This document shows positions 47,379 to 60,245 of a stretch of 64,000 nucleotides of DNA, one piece after another. A program made the translations under genes and the position numbers. The notes below the pieces were generated by a model that worked only from the letters and a program-made list of their open reading frames with translations, was not told where the DNA came from and ran no database searches. The first letter of the stretch is position 1. The number at the start of each line of letters is the position of its first letter. Source of the stretch: Eledone cirrhosa (taxonomy: Eukaryota); assembly GCA_964016885.1 (NCBI GenBank), contig OZ024748.1, positions 2,356,001 to 2,420,000 on the forward strand. Reading direction: 5' to 3'.

Positions 47379-47799
47379 ATATTCATATATATACATATAT
47401 ATATATTCATATATATACATTCATATATATACATATATATTCATATATATACATATATATATATTCATATATATACATATATATATATTCATATATATAC
47501 ATATATATTCATTCATATATATACATATATATTCATTCATATATATACATATTCATTCATATATATACATATATATATATTCATATATATACATATATAT
47601 TCATATATATACATATATATATTCATATATATACAGATATATATTCATATATATTCATATATATATTCATATATATACAGATATATATTCATATATATTC
47701 ATATATATATTCATATATATACATATATATATACATATATATATTCATATAAATATATTCATATATATATTCATATATATATATTCATATATATACATA

Positions 47800-48245
47800 T
47801 AAGTTTAAGACTGGCTGTCCATGGGAACTTCTCTATGCTGACGATCTGGCTCTTATAGCAGAATCAATAGAGGAGCTAGAGAATAAATTCTGGCTATGGA
47901 AACAGCAGTTGGAAGCAAGAGGACTGAGAGTAAATCTAGCTAAGACAAAAGTGTTGATGAGTAGAAAAGAGGACAAAACCCTGATTCCGTCAGGGAAATG
48001 GCCATGTTCGATATGCAGAAAAGGAACTGGCATAAATTCTATAAAATGCACACAATGCAGGTCCTGGGTACACAAGAGATGTAGCGGGATAGCAGGCAAA
48101 CTAACAGGTAGGGAGAAATATGTATGCAGTAGATGTACAGGGAAATTAGACAGTAGAAGTCGCACTGATAGACACATTTTTCAAATGCGAGAGGGTACTA
48201 TAGAAGTGGTGGATAGCTTCCGGTACCTAGGAGATCAGATTAGCA
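47800..48245 (+). mobile_element. RTE LINE internal fragment
   Basis: [11 protein letters not shown] through the PHD-like finger. Confidence 0.9.
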
Positions 48246-48337
48246 TGTGTGTGTTGTGAGCACACAACACACACACAGAAACAAAATGGCGTAGGACAGA
48301 ACAAAGGAGAGGCACAGAAACAAAGAAAGGAATCCCC

Positions 48338-48382
48338 AGTCACTGAAGAGGTCACAGAGTGTGTGACGAAAGGACTATGACT
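48338..48382 (+). ncRNA. Minimal type I hammerhead ribozyme motif, core intact
   Basis: AGUCA-CUGAAGA-G-GUCAC..GUGAC-GAAA-G-GA-C-UA-UGACU. Confidence 0.72.
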
Positions 48383-48758
48383 ATATATAAACAACTATCT
48401 GGTTGTGGAACCAACCAACCAACCAGAAATTTATAGATTTATAAATTTGTAAATTTATAAATATATAATAAATTGAAGTGAAAGCAACTGGTGCGTGTGT
48501 TTCTTATTGGCAACATGACCCTCCCAAAGTATAACAATATCGGTTTCAACACACGATTTCAGATAAAGAATCTTGCCAAACAAATTCAGAAACGAAATAT
48601 ATTCATATATATATATTCGGATATTATTCAGAATAATAATAAATGAAGACATTCACATAATCAAAATACATGTTTTATTATATATATTTTGAAGGTACTG
48701 TGCTGTTTTTTCAGTACGTCCTCGTCTAATAAAATACATGAATTAATGTATGACATAC

Positions 48759-48905
48759 CTGAACGGTCTTGAAAGTTCAATATATATATATATAATAAAA
48801 TAAAACAAGGACGAGTGGTTACTCCTCCATTATGTTTATTGGTTGGCGACGCGCAATTCGCCACCAATCAGCTCAAGATTTGATCTGTATCGCTCTAGCC
48901 CGACT
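48759..48905 (-). promoter_or_regulatory. Candidate UGP2 promoter and non-coding first exon: dyad of CCAAT boxes (48838-48842, 48864-48868), local CpG cluster, splice donor CAG|GTATGT at 48759
   Basis: ATTGGTTGGCGA...TCGCCACCAAT inverted repeat in unique CpG-rich sequence, with a strong donor about 80 nt downstream on the minus strand. Confidence 0.5.
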
Positions 48906-48966
48906 CTGTAATCCACAGCTCATCAGACCCCTTTTAGTATATATATATATTTATTTATATATATAT

Positions 48967-48997
<31 letters not shown>

Positions 48998-49569
48998 CAC
49001 ATATATATAAATATAAGCGTAAACCTAATACTAACACTTTGTACTGCACTCTTTGTTATCGTTTTCTGTTTTAACTTATATATATATACATACTTACATA
49101 CACACCTACTTAAAGGTTACTATACACACACTCCTCTACTAACTATGGGGTAACAACTAGCAATGTTCATCAGACCATTCTTTTCAAACCTTCTCATACA
49201 TAATATTTCTCTTCAATACCCATAAACTCCTATAATCACGGAGAGTATCACCATATCCATACTCTGCAGATCTTAAAGTAGACACAAAATGATAAAGTAT
49301 ATATTTATTGTCGCCTTTATAATTATTGATATCCCTGTTGCCAAAACAAACATACCTCCTATTGATACTACATATCGACTTTATTATTTATGTGTACATA
49401 TATCAATATTTTTACCTTGATGATGGTGATGATGATATGGGTGGTTTTAAAGCGTATATTAACAACTACTGAGGTACAACTACTACTAATACCACTATTA
49501 CTACTATACTATAACCACTACTGATAAGATTTTTTCAAAGAAAGAAGGACATGAGAATTTATGACATTC

Positions 49570-50900
49570 ATGGTTTTACACTGTGCTATAACAGACATAT
49601 ATGATATGATATGATATCTAGTTTTACACTGTGCTATAACAGACATATATGATATATGATATGATATCTAGTTTTACACTGTGCTATAACAGACATATAT
49701 GATATATGATATGATATCTAGTTTTACACTGTGCTATAACAGACATATATGATATGATATATCTAGTTTTACACTGTGCTATAACAGACATATATGATAT
49801 ATGATATGATATCTAGTTTTACACTGTGCTATAACAGACATATATGATATGATATATCTAGTTTTACACTGTGCTATAACAGACATATATGATATATGAT
49901 ATGATATCTAGTTTTACACTGTGCTATAACAGACATATATGATATGATATATCTAGTTTTACACTGTGCTATAACAGACATATATGATATATGATATGAT
50001 ATCATCTAGTTTTACACTGTGGTATAACAGATATACATGATATATGATATGATATCTAGTTTTACACTGTGGTATAACAGACATACATGATATATATATA
50101 TATATGATATCTAGTTTTACACTGTGGTATAACAGATATACATGATATATGATATGATATCTAGTTTTACAGTGTTCTATAACAGGCATACGTGATATAT
50201 GTATGATATCATGTAGTTTTATACTGTGGTATAACATCTAGTTTTATACTGTAGTAGAACAGACATACATGATATATATATATGATATGATATCATCTAG
50301 TTTTACACTGTCTTATAACAGACATAAATGACATATATGATATGATCTCAACTAGTTTTACACTGTGCTATAACAAATATATGTGATATGATATATTAAC
50401 TGGTTTTACACTGTGGTATAACAAACATAAATGGTATAATATGATATATGATATCAACTGGTTTTACACTGTGGTATAACCAAACATAAGTGGTATAATA
50501 TGATATGATATATGATATCAACTGGTTTTACACTGTGGTATAACAAACATAAGAGGTATAAATATAATATGATATGATATATGATATGTTATGATATGGT
50601 ATATCAATTGGTTTTACACTGTGGTATAACAAACATAAGTGGTATAAATATGATATAATATGATATGATATATGATATCAACTGGTTTTACACTGTGGTA
50701 TAACAAACATAAGTGGTATAAATATGATATAACATATGATATGATATGATATGATATATCAACTGATTTTACACTGTGGTATAACAAACATAAGTGATAT
50801 AAATATGATATAATATGATATGATGTATGATATATGATATCAACTGGTTTTCCACTGTGGTATAACAAACATAAGTGGTATAAATATGATATGATATATC
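49570..50900. repeat. Satellite with constant GTTTTACACTGTG(C/G)TATAACA core and variable (GATAT)n spacer, unit about 48-68 bp
   Basis: More than 20 copies, with gradual sequence drift along the array. Confidence 0.92.
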
Positions 50901-52184
50901 AAATGGTGCATCTTCAAAATAATGTTAAAATAAGTTTTACCAAATGCCTGGACACCGTTGCTTGTTCGACTGCACTGGTTGCAGCTGTGACATACGATGT
51001 TCAATATTCCCTCAGGTTAATTATATTTATGTAATCAATTAATGATCATGTGACATACACCTAATGATACCTGATTGGTGAGACTTGTGTGTCTTTATAT
51101 GTGACATGGATGATGTTATATAGGCATAAGAAATTGAGATGTGCAGCATTGCATGATATAACGCTATTACATTAGTTTTCTCTTTGATCTTCTACCTCAC
51201 ATACACACACACAACATACACACACACAGACCAACCCATTCCCCCACACACACAGATACACAGGCACACATACACACACAGGCAGACACACACAACACAC
51301 ACACACCACACACAGGCACACACACAGGCACACACACACCACATACACACACACAGACCAACCCATTCCCCCACACACACAGATACAGATACACAGGCAC
51401 ACATACACACACAGGCAGACACACACACACAGGCACACACACACAACACACACACACCACACACAGGCACACACACAGGCACACACACAGGCACACACAC
51501 ATGCCGACCCACCCCCCCAACACACACACAGATACACAGGCACACACACACCACATACACACATACACAGGCCGACCCATTCCCCCACACTCACTCACCA
51601 CCCCACACATACATACAGATACACATGCACACACACACACAAGGTGATCCCCCCCCACACACACACTTACACCCCCACACACACACCCCACACACATGCA
51701 CAGCCCACACACGCACACAGGCCGACCCATCCCTCCACACAGATACACCCCCCACATCCACTCACATCCACACACCCACACTGACATCCCCACCCCACAT
51801 ATACAGGCATGCACCCCCCCCCCCACAAACACAGATACACACAGATACTCACACCAATCATTATGCCACAAAGTCTGACCTATGAGATATACGTACATTA
51901 GTGAAAAAACAAACAGGACACTCCCATGTACACTCCCATATAGACACACACACACACACACACACACACACAGCACCCATGCACCCTCTAATGTACCCAC
52001 ATATAGACACCAACCAGCCAAAATAACTTAACAGTTTAAATCTTTTATAATAATAATGAAATTATTGTGTACAGTGCTCAGGTGCACTACAACTCATCAA
52101 AGGTGCATGTATAGTACATAGAATAATGTACAAATGTCAGGAAAATAAACAGTGTATGAGTCATGATATAATAACAATAACAAT

Positions 52185-52425
52185 AATGATTTCTTTATTA
52201 ACCACAAGGGTTTACATAAAGTAGACATTAAGGACAGTGCAGGACAATGCAGGACGGTACAAATGGGCATTTCTGCGTGTAAAAAAAACAAAAACAGAGG
52301 ATGTAACAAAAATAACAATGAAAATAACAATGAAAAATTCCCCAATAGGGGGGAGACTTCGGAGGGACATTTGTGGAGAAAGCCCAGTAAAAAGCCACAA
52401 TGACCCTGACCACCAAAAAAAAAAA
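52185..52425 (-). mobile_element. Tx1-like 3' UTR fragment abutting the CR1 tail
   Basis: CCCCCCTATTGGGGA and GTGGTTAATAAAGAAA are shared with 29025-29177. Confidence 0.6.
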
Positions 52426-52584
52426 AAAAACAAAAAAAAACAATAACAATAATGAAATATTGTGCACAGTGCCCAGGTGCACCACAACCCATCAAAAAAG
52501 TGCATGTACAGTACATAGGGCAATGCACAAACATCAGTAAAATGAACAGTGCACACATGTGTGCATGTGTATGGAAGGGGCACA

Positions 52585-55350
52585 TCAGGTGTAGTTTTGG
52601 CGTATTTCGGGAAGCATGAGTGTCTTAAAGGATGCAGTGTCTCGGCAGCTAACAATTGACGCAGGCAGTTTGTTCCATGTTTCAGCAACTCTGAGCGTGA
52701 AAAAATGTCTGCGAAAGTCATGGGAGCTGTGCTGTTTTCTTATCTTGTAGGCATGTCCACGTGTGTTAGATACATGGAGATCAAAGAGGCGCTCAGGGTT
52801 GCAGTTGGCGAGATGGTTAAAAACTTTGTGGGTATTCACCAAGTCCACTGCCAGACGTCGGAGCTTCAATGAATCCATGCCCAGGGAAGCAAGGCGTTCA
52901 GAGTATGGTAGGTGTCTGATGGAGGGTATGCGCTTGGTTGCACGTCTCTGAACAGTTTCCAGGAGGTCAATGTTCCGAGCAAGATAGGGGTTCCAGACTG
53001 ATGATGCGAATTCCAAGTGTGGTCGCACCATAGCTGTATACAGTTTTAAATAGATGGCTGGAGAGCGGCTAACAAAGGTCTTGCTGAGTGATGCCAAGAC
53101 ACCCTCGGCCTTCTTGACAATCTTAGAGACATGCTTTGTCCAACGCAAATCGTTGCTGACAGTAATGCCCAGGTCACGTTCACAAGAGGACTTTTTGATG
53201 TCAGTGTTGTGGAGGGAGTATGTGGACGCTGGATTTTTCCTTCCAAAATGCATGGTGGTACACTTGTCCACAGCCAGCTTCAGTTGCCAGTCTGTGATCC
53301 ATTGCTGCATTGTGTCCAGGTCTGATTGTAGGAAAGAGTTGTAAATTTCAGGATCAGTCCTTTTGATTTCAAGGTACAGCTTGATGTCATCTGCATATTT
53401 TAGTACCGTGGCATTCTGTAAGTTGGCATCTATGTCATTAATATATGCCACAAACAAAAGAGGACCAAGAACAGATCCCTGTGGTACACCAGATGACATC
53501 TCATATGGTGAAGAATGCTGTCCTAGAACTGTGACTACTTCCTTTCGGCTGAGAATGAAGGATTTCAGCCAGTCGAAAAGATCATCCCTCACACCCATTG
53601 CAGAGAGTTTTGCCATAAGTCTTTTGTGTGGCACAGAATTAAAAGCCTTAGCAAAGTCAAGGTAAACAACATCCACCCATGAGCCGCTGTCAGTGATCCG
53701 GGTGATGTCCTCAAGGAACTCGATAAGCTGATCACAGCAGCTGGAGTTAGGGATAAATCCAAACTGTGAGGGCCGGATGAGGCTGTGAGAGCTCCAGAAG
53801 TTCCAAAATGTTTCTCTGACACAGGATTCCATCAGTTTGGCCATACAGCTAGTAAGACTGACTGGACGATAGTTGACAGGTGACATGCGGTTGCCCTTTT
53901 TGAACAGGGGAATGACACTGGTAGTTTTCCACTGCTCTGGAGTAGCACCATTGCTGAGACAGTATTGAAAGAAAAAAGAAAGCTGGCGCAAAAGGAAATC
54001 CCCGCCACGTTTGAGAAGCAGGTATGTCACACCATCAAGACCAGGGGAGGCATAGTTGCGCTTATTCTTAAGGTGAAGTCGCAACATTGCAGGTGTAAAT
54101 TCCATAGTTGTTATGGAATTTGATGTTAGAGATGGTGGAGATGGTACATTCTGGTTTTCAACAGTAAAAATACTTGCATAGCACTCAGCAATGAGTTCTG
54201 CGCATTCCTTGGGATCGTCAGTGATCTGGCTTGTGTGGGGATTGCGAAGAGGACCAACTGGAGAGTGAGGTCTCTGCTTTGAATGAACATATTTCCAGAA
54301 CACCTTACTGTCGGGATTGGTTGCGATGCACTGTTCAAATTCAAGCACTGCCTTCTTTGTCACTTGCTTGAGATGGTTAGAAGATTTATTCCGCTTTTTT
54401 CTGTTGGCATCTGATCTATGCAGTTTATATTCCCGTTCAGCGTTCCGACGTTCTTTCCTGGCAAGTCGGACTGCTGAAGTTTCCCAGATTGCACTTTTGG
54501 GGTGGTTATTTTTCCGCTTCCGTGGCACTGATGCTGCACACGCTATCCATATTGAGTCCAGGATGCTCTGGAGTATAGAGTTCACATCTCCAGAGTTATA
54601 CATCTCATGCCAGTTTGGGCGCTGTAGCTCAGTGCAGTACAAGTTCCAATCTGCCCTCTTCCAATCAAAGCAAGCAGATTGGAGATGGCTCTGGTTTTTG
54701 TTGCTGCCCTCAAGTGCCAGATTGGCAATGATCATAGCATGATCAGAGTCGCCTAGAGGTTCCTCAGTAGTACAACTGATAACCACTTCAGGAGTAGTGG
54801 TGAAGATCAGGTCCAAAGTGTTGTCACCTCTTGTTGGAGAGGTGACTACTTGTGACCAGTTTGAGTCCAGCACTAGTTCAAGGAAATCGTTTGCACCCTG
54901 TGGCCAACGAAAGGTTTCCCAATCGATCTCAGGATGATTGAAGTCACCTGCAATAAACACATAAGTGGCTGTTTTCTTGGCAGCAACTCTGAGGATATCG
55001 CAAAGCTGTGTGTCCTGATGGTAGTTTGGGGGGCGATAAACAACACCAAGCAGAAGTGTTGACATGGTCATACGTATGTCACAGAAAAAAACTTCTTCCT
55101 GTGATTCGTTCAAATCAACGCAAGGAATTACCGAAAAGTTTGAACGAACGTAGACCATCACACCACCACCACAGCGGTTAATGCGGTCCTTGCGGAAAAG
55201 GTTGTACCCAGTAATGGTGAAAACCCCATCACAGAGTAAGGAATGTGCCCATGTTTCCGTGACTGTGATGAAGTCAGGGTCGATGCTTCTGACGTAGGAT
55301 TCGAACAGATGTATCTTGTTGCATAAACTGCGAGCATTTAAGGACAACAA
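52585..55350 (-). CDS. CR1-like ORF2 endonuclease/reverse transcriptase (921 aa; no AUG before the endonuclease; frame open upstream past 55416)
   Basis: Uninterrupted ORF carrying all APE and RT motifs. Confidence 0.9.
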   Translation of the reverse strand: MLSLNARSLCNKIHLFESYVRSIDPDFITVTETWAHSLLCDGVFTITGYNLFRKDRINRCGGGVMVYVRSNFSVIPCVDLNESQEEVFFCDIRMTMSTLLLGVVYRPPNYHQDTQLCDILRVAAKKTATYVFIAGDFNHPEIDWETFRWPQGANDFLELVLDSNWSQVVTSPTRGDNTLDLIFTTTPEVVISCTTEEPLGDSDHAMIIANLALEGSNKNQSHLQSACFDWKRADWNLYCTELQRPNWHEMYNSGDVNSILQSILDSIWIACAASVPRKRKNNHPKSAIWETSAVRLARKERRNAEREYKLHRSDANRKKRNKSSNHLKQVTKKAVLEFEQCIATNPDSKVFWKYVHSKQRPHSPVGPLRNPHTSQITDDPKECAELIAECYASIFTVENQNVPSPPSLTSNSITTMEFTPAMLRLHLKNKRNYASPGLDGVTYLLLKRGGDFLLRQLSFFFQYCLSNGATPEQWKTTSVIPLFKKGNRMSPVNYRPVSLTSCMAKLMESCVRETFWNFWSSHSLIRPSQFGFIPNSSCCDQLIEFLEDITRITDSGSWVDVVYLDFAKAFNSVPHKRLMAKLSAMGVRDDLFDWLKSFILSRKEVVTVLGQHSSPYEMSSGVPQGSVLGPLLFVAYINDIDANLQNATVLKYADDIKLYLEIKRTDPEIYNSFLQSDLDTMQQWITDWQLKLAVDKCTTMHFGRKNPASTYSLHNTDIKKSSCERDLGITVSNDLRWTKHVSKIVKKAEGVLASLSKTFVSRSPAIYLKLYTAMVRPHLEFASSVWNPYLARNIDLLETVQRRATKRIPSIRHLPYSERLASLGMDSLKLRRLAVDLVNTHKVFNHLANCNPERLFDLHVSNTRGHAYKIRKQHSSHDFRRHFFTLRVAETWNKLPASIVSCRDTASFKTLMLPEIRQNYT

Positions 55351-55406
55351 TTTGTACCCTGCTCGCAGTTTATGATGGTGTGTAGAGGGTGGCAGGTTGT
55401 TCTGGT

Positions 55407-55692
55407 TTAGTTTCCCAGAGTTGTAGCAGTTTTTACATTGCCAGTTATTGTGGGTAGATCACACTCAGACCAGCTGGTATCTCTCTTCCACGTTTCACCA
55501 GCCTTGACAAACCTCCAGATCTGCCCATCATCACGCAGACTGAAACTTTCATCTTGTGCTGAGTTCCGATTCAAGGAAGCTGCAGCACGTAGTTTTGGAC
55601 GTACATGGGGTGGTAGGCCTGGGCGTGTTCGGAAGGTAATCCGATTTTCACGCCATTTTATGATTGCATTTCTAATGGAATACCCTGCCTTT
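55407..55692 (-). CDS. C-terminal fragment of CR1-like ORF1 (KAGYSIRNAIIKW...TATTLGN*)
   Basis: About 95 open codons ending GGA AAC TAA and overlapping the ORF2 frame. Confidence 0.65.
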
Positions 55693-55724
55693 TAATTAAT
55701 TAATGGAGAATTTAGAAGGATTTG

Positions 55725-55990
55725 CTTCTACTTCTTCTTCTTTACCCACTTATTCCTGAGAGGGTCTTGGGGGCAGAGTCCTCAAACACTCCTTCCAGCA
55801 GGTCCTATCAGAAGCAACCATCTCCAATTAATCTGGCTGGATCCCCAAACATGACCAGCCAAGCTCATGGATGTTATCCAACCATCTTGCTCAAGATCTC
55901 CCCCGGGTCGCCTGCCTGTTGGTTTTGCCCATAAAATATGTCCAGCAATTCTTTCCCGAGACATTCTAAGCACATGCCCATAGATAACTA
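55725..55990 (-). mobile_element. Decayed RTE-type LINE 3' end
   Basis: YGHVLRM...WAKPTGRRP followed by a (GAA)n tail. Confidence 0.7.
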
Positions 55991-56613
55991 GATGTTTCTT
56001 TATTAGCCACAGGGGCACAAAAGAAAACAAAATCTCTCACCAAGGTGGACTTGGTGGTGTTGCTAGGGTGTATTTGCTCTGGGCTTAATCAACATGATGG
56101 CCTACTTTGTTGGTAGACTTAATCTGTCACCCAGTTTTCCACCACAACATGGCCCTTGGGTGGTTTAGTGGAGTCTACTCTATGGCAAGCATTCATGCCA
56201 TGTCACAATGTTGAAGATACCATCCTAACACCTCCCCACCATTCTTGGAGGCCCTGAAAAGGCGTCATGGATAATGCTCTTCAATCCCTAACAAGAAAGT
56301 AAAACACACACAAAACAACAACAACTGGTTAACACTACTACTTTGTCCTTAGGTACCTTTACCAGAGTTCACTCTGTTGTAAACATTTGGGCCAAGGATC
56401 AAATTTCAAAATAACATCCCCCTTCCTCCCTACCATTAGTCATGGAAACCCTAAAATGTGTCATGAACACTGCCCTTCCTTTCTTCTATGACTAAAGAGT
56501 GAAATGAAGTATAATCTGAGAAACACAAAGCCTTGAAAGAAACCAGGGATGGTCATATCTTGAACACTTCAATTACCTCTTCAGAATTTACATTATATAT
56601 ATACTATTGTATT

Positions 56614-56646
<33 letters not shown>

Positions 56647-57956
56647 TTATTGTGTAAAGTGCTCAGGTGCACTACAACTCATCAAAGGTGTATGTATAGT
56701 ACATAGAATAATACACAAATGTCAGGGAAGTACATGTGTGTATGTGTTAGCTGTAGTGTTGGCGGATCTCGGGAAGCATGGAGGCCTTAAAGAATGCAGT
56801 GTCTCGACAGCTAACAACAGATGCAGGTAGTTTGTTCCATGCCTCAGCAACTCTGAGCGTGAAAAAATGTTTCACAGTAAAGGCTTTACCTCACATAATA
56901 TCTCTCATAAATTCTCACATTTACATTACTCTATATATACAAAATTATTAACCATCTTTCCAACAACAACCCTGAGCATCTTTTTGATTTCCATGTGTCT
57001 AACACACGTGGGCATGCCTACAAAGTCAGAAAACAGCACAGCTCCCCTGACTTTCAGAAACATTTGTTCACGCTCAGAGTTGCTGAAGCATGGAACAAAC
57101 TACCTGCATCAGTTGTTAGCTGTCGAGACACTGCATCCTTTAAAACCTCCATGCTTCCTGAATGCCCCCCCCCTGTTTGAAAAGGACTGGTTAAAACAAC
57201 AAAACCTCTCACCAAGGTGGACTTGGTGGTGAGGGGTTGGAAAATAAAATACCTGGCTAGAGCAGGGACTGGTGGAGTTGCTAGGGTGTATTTGTTCTGG
57301 GTTTAATCAACATGATGGCCTACTTTGTTGGTAGACTTAATCTGTCACCCAGTTTTCCATATATATATATATATATATATATGGCGTATATATGTGCATA
57401 TATGTGTGTATCATGACTGATAAACTGTTCACTTTCTTGACATTTGTACATTATTCTATATACCATATATGCACCTTTGATTAGTTGTAGTGCACTTGAG
57501 CACTGTACACAATAATTTTCATTATTATTTTATTTGTAAGTCCAGCACTCTTACCACTAGACCATACACCAAATATTTATATAAAATTGTAGCTGTGATT
57601 TTCTTAAGAAAGATAATCTTATCTTAAAAAGTTATCTGATATCTTTAAGTGTGTTAAATATGACTTTGTTATCAACAGCATTTGGGTTATTTAGTTTTGG
57701 ATTGATAAATGTCACCTCATTAAGGCTTTAATCAAGCAGGTTTTATAATACTGGGTCTAAAATAACTCAAGATAAAGTCCAGATAAAAGATACTCAGAAT
57801 ATAATTATATTGACCAACAGATATTATAAGCTATGGCTACCATTTTCAACTGAGAATGACTCTGTTGCATCTATTATGATTGTGTTAATGGTTTCTAGTT
57901 ATGCATGTAATCTGTCAAAACAATTACAGACACTTTGGTCTTCCCATCCTTCACTC

Positions 57957-58034
<78 letters not shown>

Positions 58035-58749
58035 TGCATCAGCACAGAACTAATACTTTTTTTTTTATTGACCCTGAAAGGATGAATAGCAAAGTAGACC
58101 CTGGTGAGATTTGAATGCAGAATGTAGAAATCTAGAATGAATATTGATTTCTAATTTAACCCTTTAGCATTGAAACTGGCCATATCTGGCCACAATTCTC
58201 TCACCTCTTTCTGTTTAAACCAGCTGTAACTGGTTACTCTATATGATAATGATAATGAAATATTGTGTACAGTGCTCAGGTGCACTACAACTCATCAAAG
58301 GTGTATGTATAGTACATAGGGTAACGTACAAACGTCAGGTATATTTTCACGTACTTCAATTATCTCACATAATATCGAATCTATGAGATTTTGATATGAT
58401 TTATTTTTAGAACAATACCTTAACATTAGTATGAGCAGCCAGTTATGGCTGGTTTGAACAGAAAGAGGTGAGAGAATTCTGGCCGGATATGGCTGGTTTA
58501 AATGCTAAAGTGTTAAAGAGTATTCGACTGTTGTTTCTAGCAAATCAAGTAGCCATAGAGAGGTCTCACATGTAGCCAGTATAAAATACATTGCTTAATT
58601 AAAATGGTTAGATTTATGTTTTAGATTAATTAATCTTGGTTACATTTGTGCTTTCAAACTAATTAACTAATTAATCTAGTTTCGTTAGAGTTTGTATTTT
58701 CTCTATAATTATAAATTGAACATATTGAATCATTCATTTGACTGTTAAA

Positions 58750-59395
58750 GCTTGTTGTTGTAGATGGTGATGGTGGTGGTGGTGTAGTTGTTGTTAGTGG
58801 TGGTGGTGGTGGTGGTGCAGTTGTTGTTGTTAGGGGTGGTGGTGTAGTTGTTGTAGATGGTGGTGGTGGTGTAGTTGTTGTTAGTGGTGGTGGTGGTGCA
58901 GTTGTTGTTGTTAGGGGTGGTGGTGTAGTTGTTGTAGATGGTGGTGTAGTTGTTGTTAGTGGTGGTGGTGCAGTTGTTGTTGTTAGGGGTGGTGGTGTAG
59001 TTGTTGTTGTGGTGGTGGTGGTGGTGGTGTAGTTGTTGTTGTTGTGGTGGTGGTGGTGGTGTAGTTGTTGTTAGTGGTGGTGGTAGTGGTGCAGTTGTTG
59101 TTGTTAGTGGTGGTGGTGGTGCAGTTGTTGTTAGTGGTGGTGGTGGTGATGGTGGTGGTGCAGTTGTTAGTGGTGGTGGGACAGTTGTAGATGGTGGTGG
59201 TGGTGGTGCAGTTGTTGTTGTTGTTGTTAGTGGTGGTGCTGTTATTGGTGTTAGTGGTGGTGATGATGATGATGGTAGTGGTGGTGTTAGTGGTGGTGGT
59301 GCAGTTGTTGGTGGTGGTGGTGTTATTGGTGTTAGTGGTGGTGGTGATGATGATGGTGGTGGTGTTGGTGGTGGTGGTGTTGTTAATGGTGGTGG
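58750..59395. repeat. (GGT/GTT)n array
   Basis: Direct observation. Confidence 0.9.
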
Positions 59396-59607
59396 TATAG
59401 GTATATATATACATACACACAGATGTAAAAGAAATACAATACATACATACATTACATACATATAGTATATTCCTACATGCAGTATATTCCTTTACACATA
59501 TATACACACACATACATGCATAGATACAGTATATTCATTCACACATACATACAATACATAGACATACACATATATATACACATACATACATACATACAGT
59601 ACACCTA

Positions 59608-60245
59608 CATACGTGTGTATGCCCCGTCTAGCTTTTTCAACATTAGCGTCCAAGTGACAGAGCCATAAACAAGCACAGATTCCACAGCAGCTCTGAAGAA
59701 ATTCCTTTTCAGTTTGGCCGGCAGGTTTGATTTCCATATCTTTTCCATTGCATTCAATGCTCCCCAGGCTTTTACCAGTCTGATGTTAACATCATGTTCT
59801 GTGGAGGCGATATAGCTACCCAGGTATTTGAAGTCGTCAACTTGCTTGATTATATCGCCATTTAGACTTCGCATACCAACTGAGGAGTCTTGGTTCAGGC
59901 AAATATATTCCACGCTGCTTTAAACGTGTCTTGGAGGGAACACCCAACAAATAAGGATCTCTATGGCAATATACCACCTATCAGCAGGTCAATACGTGGA
60001 CAGAGACTCAGATTTGATGGCCACTGTTGGCGCAGCAAGGAAGAAATAGCAGGTGATGTGTTGTTATGGAGTCCATCTTGTGGAGCAAGAAACGCTGGTC
60101 GTTCCAAGAAGACATACGTCAAGCAACTTGAGGACGATACTGGATGCACTGCGGAAGAACTGGCAAACGCTATGAGAGACAGAGATGGATGGAGGAAACG
60201 TGTCGTAGAAAGCCGAGCAAGCTCGACCTGAATGATAATGATGAT
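59608..60245. mobile_element. RTE-type LINE insertion with 5' inversion (minus 59608-59910, plus 59911-60245), TSD ACCTACATAC
   Basis: FKYLGS...LDGAYTRM on minus continues as HAALNVSW...LRFDGHCWR on plus; (ATG)n tail. Confidence 0.88.

Larger units (their letters stand above)
52441..55693 (-). mobile_element. CR1-clade LINE, 5'-truncated within ORF1, with intact ORF2 and 3' UTR
   Basis: APE endonuclease motifs (LNARSL, ETW, GDFN, SDH), RT motifs (YLDFAKAF, GVPQGSVLGP, YADD), a TRGH...WNKLP tail and a (TTA/TTG)n end. Confidence 0.93.

Noticed and set aside
48885-48932. CUGAUGA on the minus strand near the promoter
   Set aside because: GAUA instead of GAAA and no stem I pairing.
50920-51020. 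Unique sequence with short ORFs and possible donors on both strands (candidate UGP2 start exon or divergent gene)
   Set aside because: The phase does not fit the phase-0 acceptor at 42498, and there is no recognisable homology.
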